From positions 77,549-141,548 of the forward strand of contig DGLA01000001.1 in assembly GCA_002387205.1 (NCBI GenBank): a stretch of DNA of 64,000 bases. The letters are read 5' to 3'. The notes below the pieces were generated by a model. It did not search any database. It had not been told where the DNA came from and was given only the letters and a program-made list of their open reading frames with translations. This document shows, piece by piece, positions 63,925 to 64,000 of this stretch; positions within the stretch are counted from its first letter, which is position 1, and each line of letters starts with the position of its first letter. This DNA comes from Stutzerimonas stutzeri. Its GTDB lineage: Bacteria; Pseudomonadota; Gammaproteobacteria; Pseudomonadales; Pseudomonadaceae. Position numbers and translations under genes: made by a program.

Positions 63925-64000
63925 GTGATCGAATTTCAGCAAGTCCACAAAACCTATCGGGTTGCCGGCCGGGGCACTGCTCGAGAAGTGCCTGCGCTCA
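63925..64000 (+). CDS. metN: Methionine ABC transporter ATPase MetN, 5' end only
   Basis: GTG start; MIEFQQVHKTYRVAGRGTAREVPAL; expected position after znuB/katE. Confidence 0.7.
   Translation, partial: MIEFQQVHKTYRVAGRGTAREVPAL

Overview
GC-rich Pseudomonadaceae chromosome segment; gene content and REP style suggest the Stutzerimonas (P. stutzeri) group, which is an inference. The first ~26 kb is accessory-looking. It holds a partial HD-GYP gene, a DctB/DctD-type two-component system, the ptxS-kguEKTD 2-ketogluconate operon, an ECF42 sigma module, a Fur-boxed TonB receptor/PepSY operon, lactonase/dienelactone hydrolase/MFS genes, an orphan heme-oxygenase-like diiron oxidase plus NPPY methyltransferase pair, a structured repeat element and stress genes. 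Core-like blocks follow: SDR-oxyR-recG-sadB, the T2SS gspE-M operon with no gspC/D in the window, pntAA-AB-B, mdaB, three DUF2388-like secreted paralogs plus a two-domain DUF4105 enzyme, an ErsA-like sRNA, polA, thrB, ppnN, split class II RNR nrdJa/b, znuA/zur-znuCB, katE and the start of metN. nrdJa carries a 378-aa LAGLIDADG intein. The best candidates for uncharacterised systems are the DUF2388x3-DUF4105 operon (44163-47167) and the oxidase/methyltransferase pair (19482-21899). I saw no rRNA, tRNA, CRISPR array or transposase. All family assignments come from motif recognition, not database searches.
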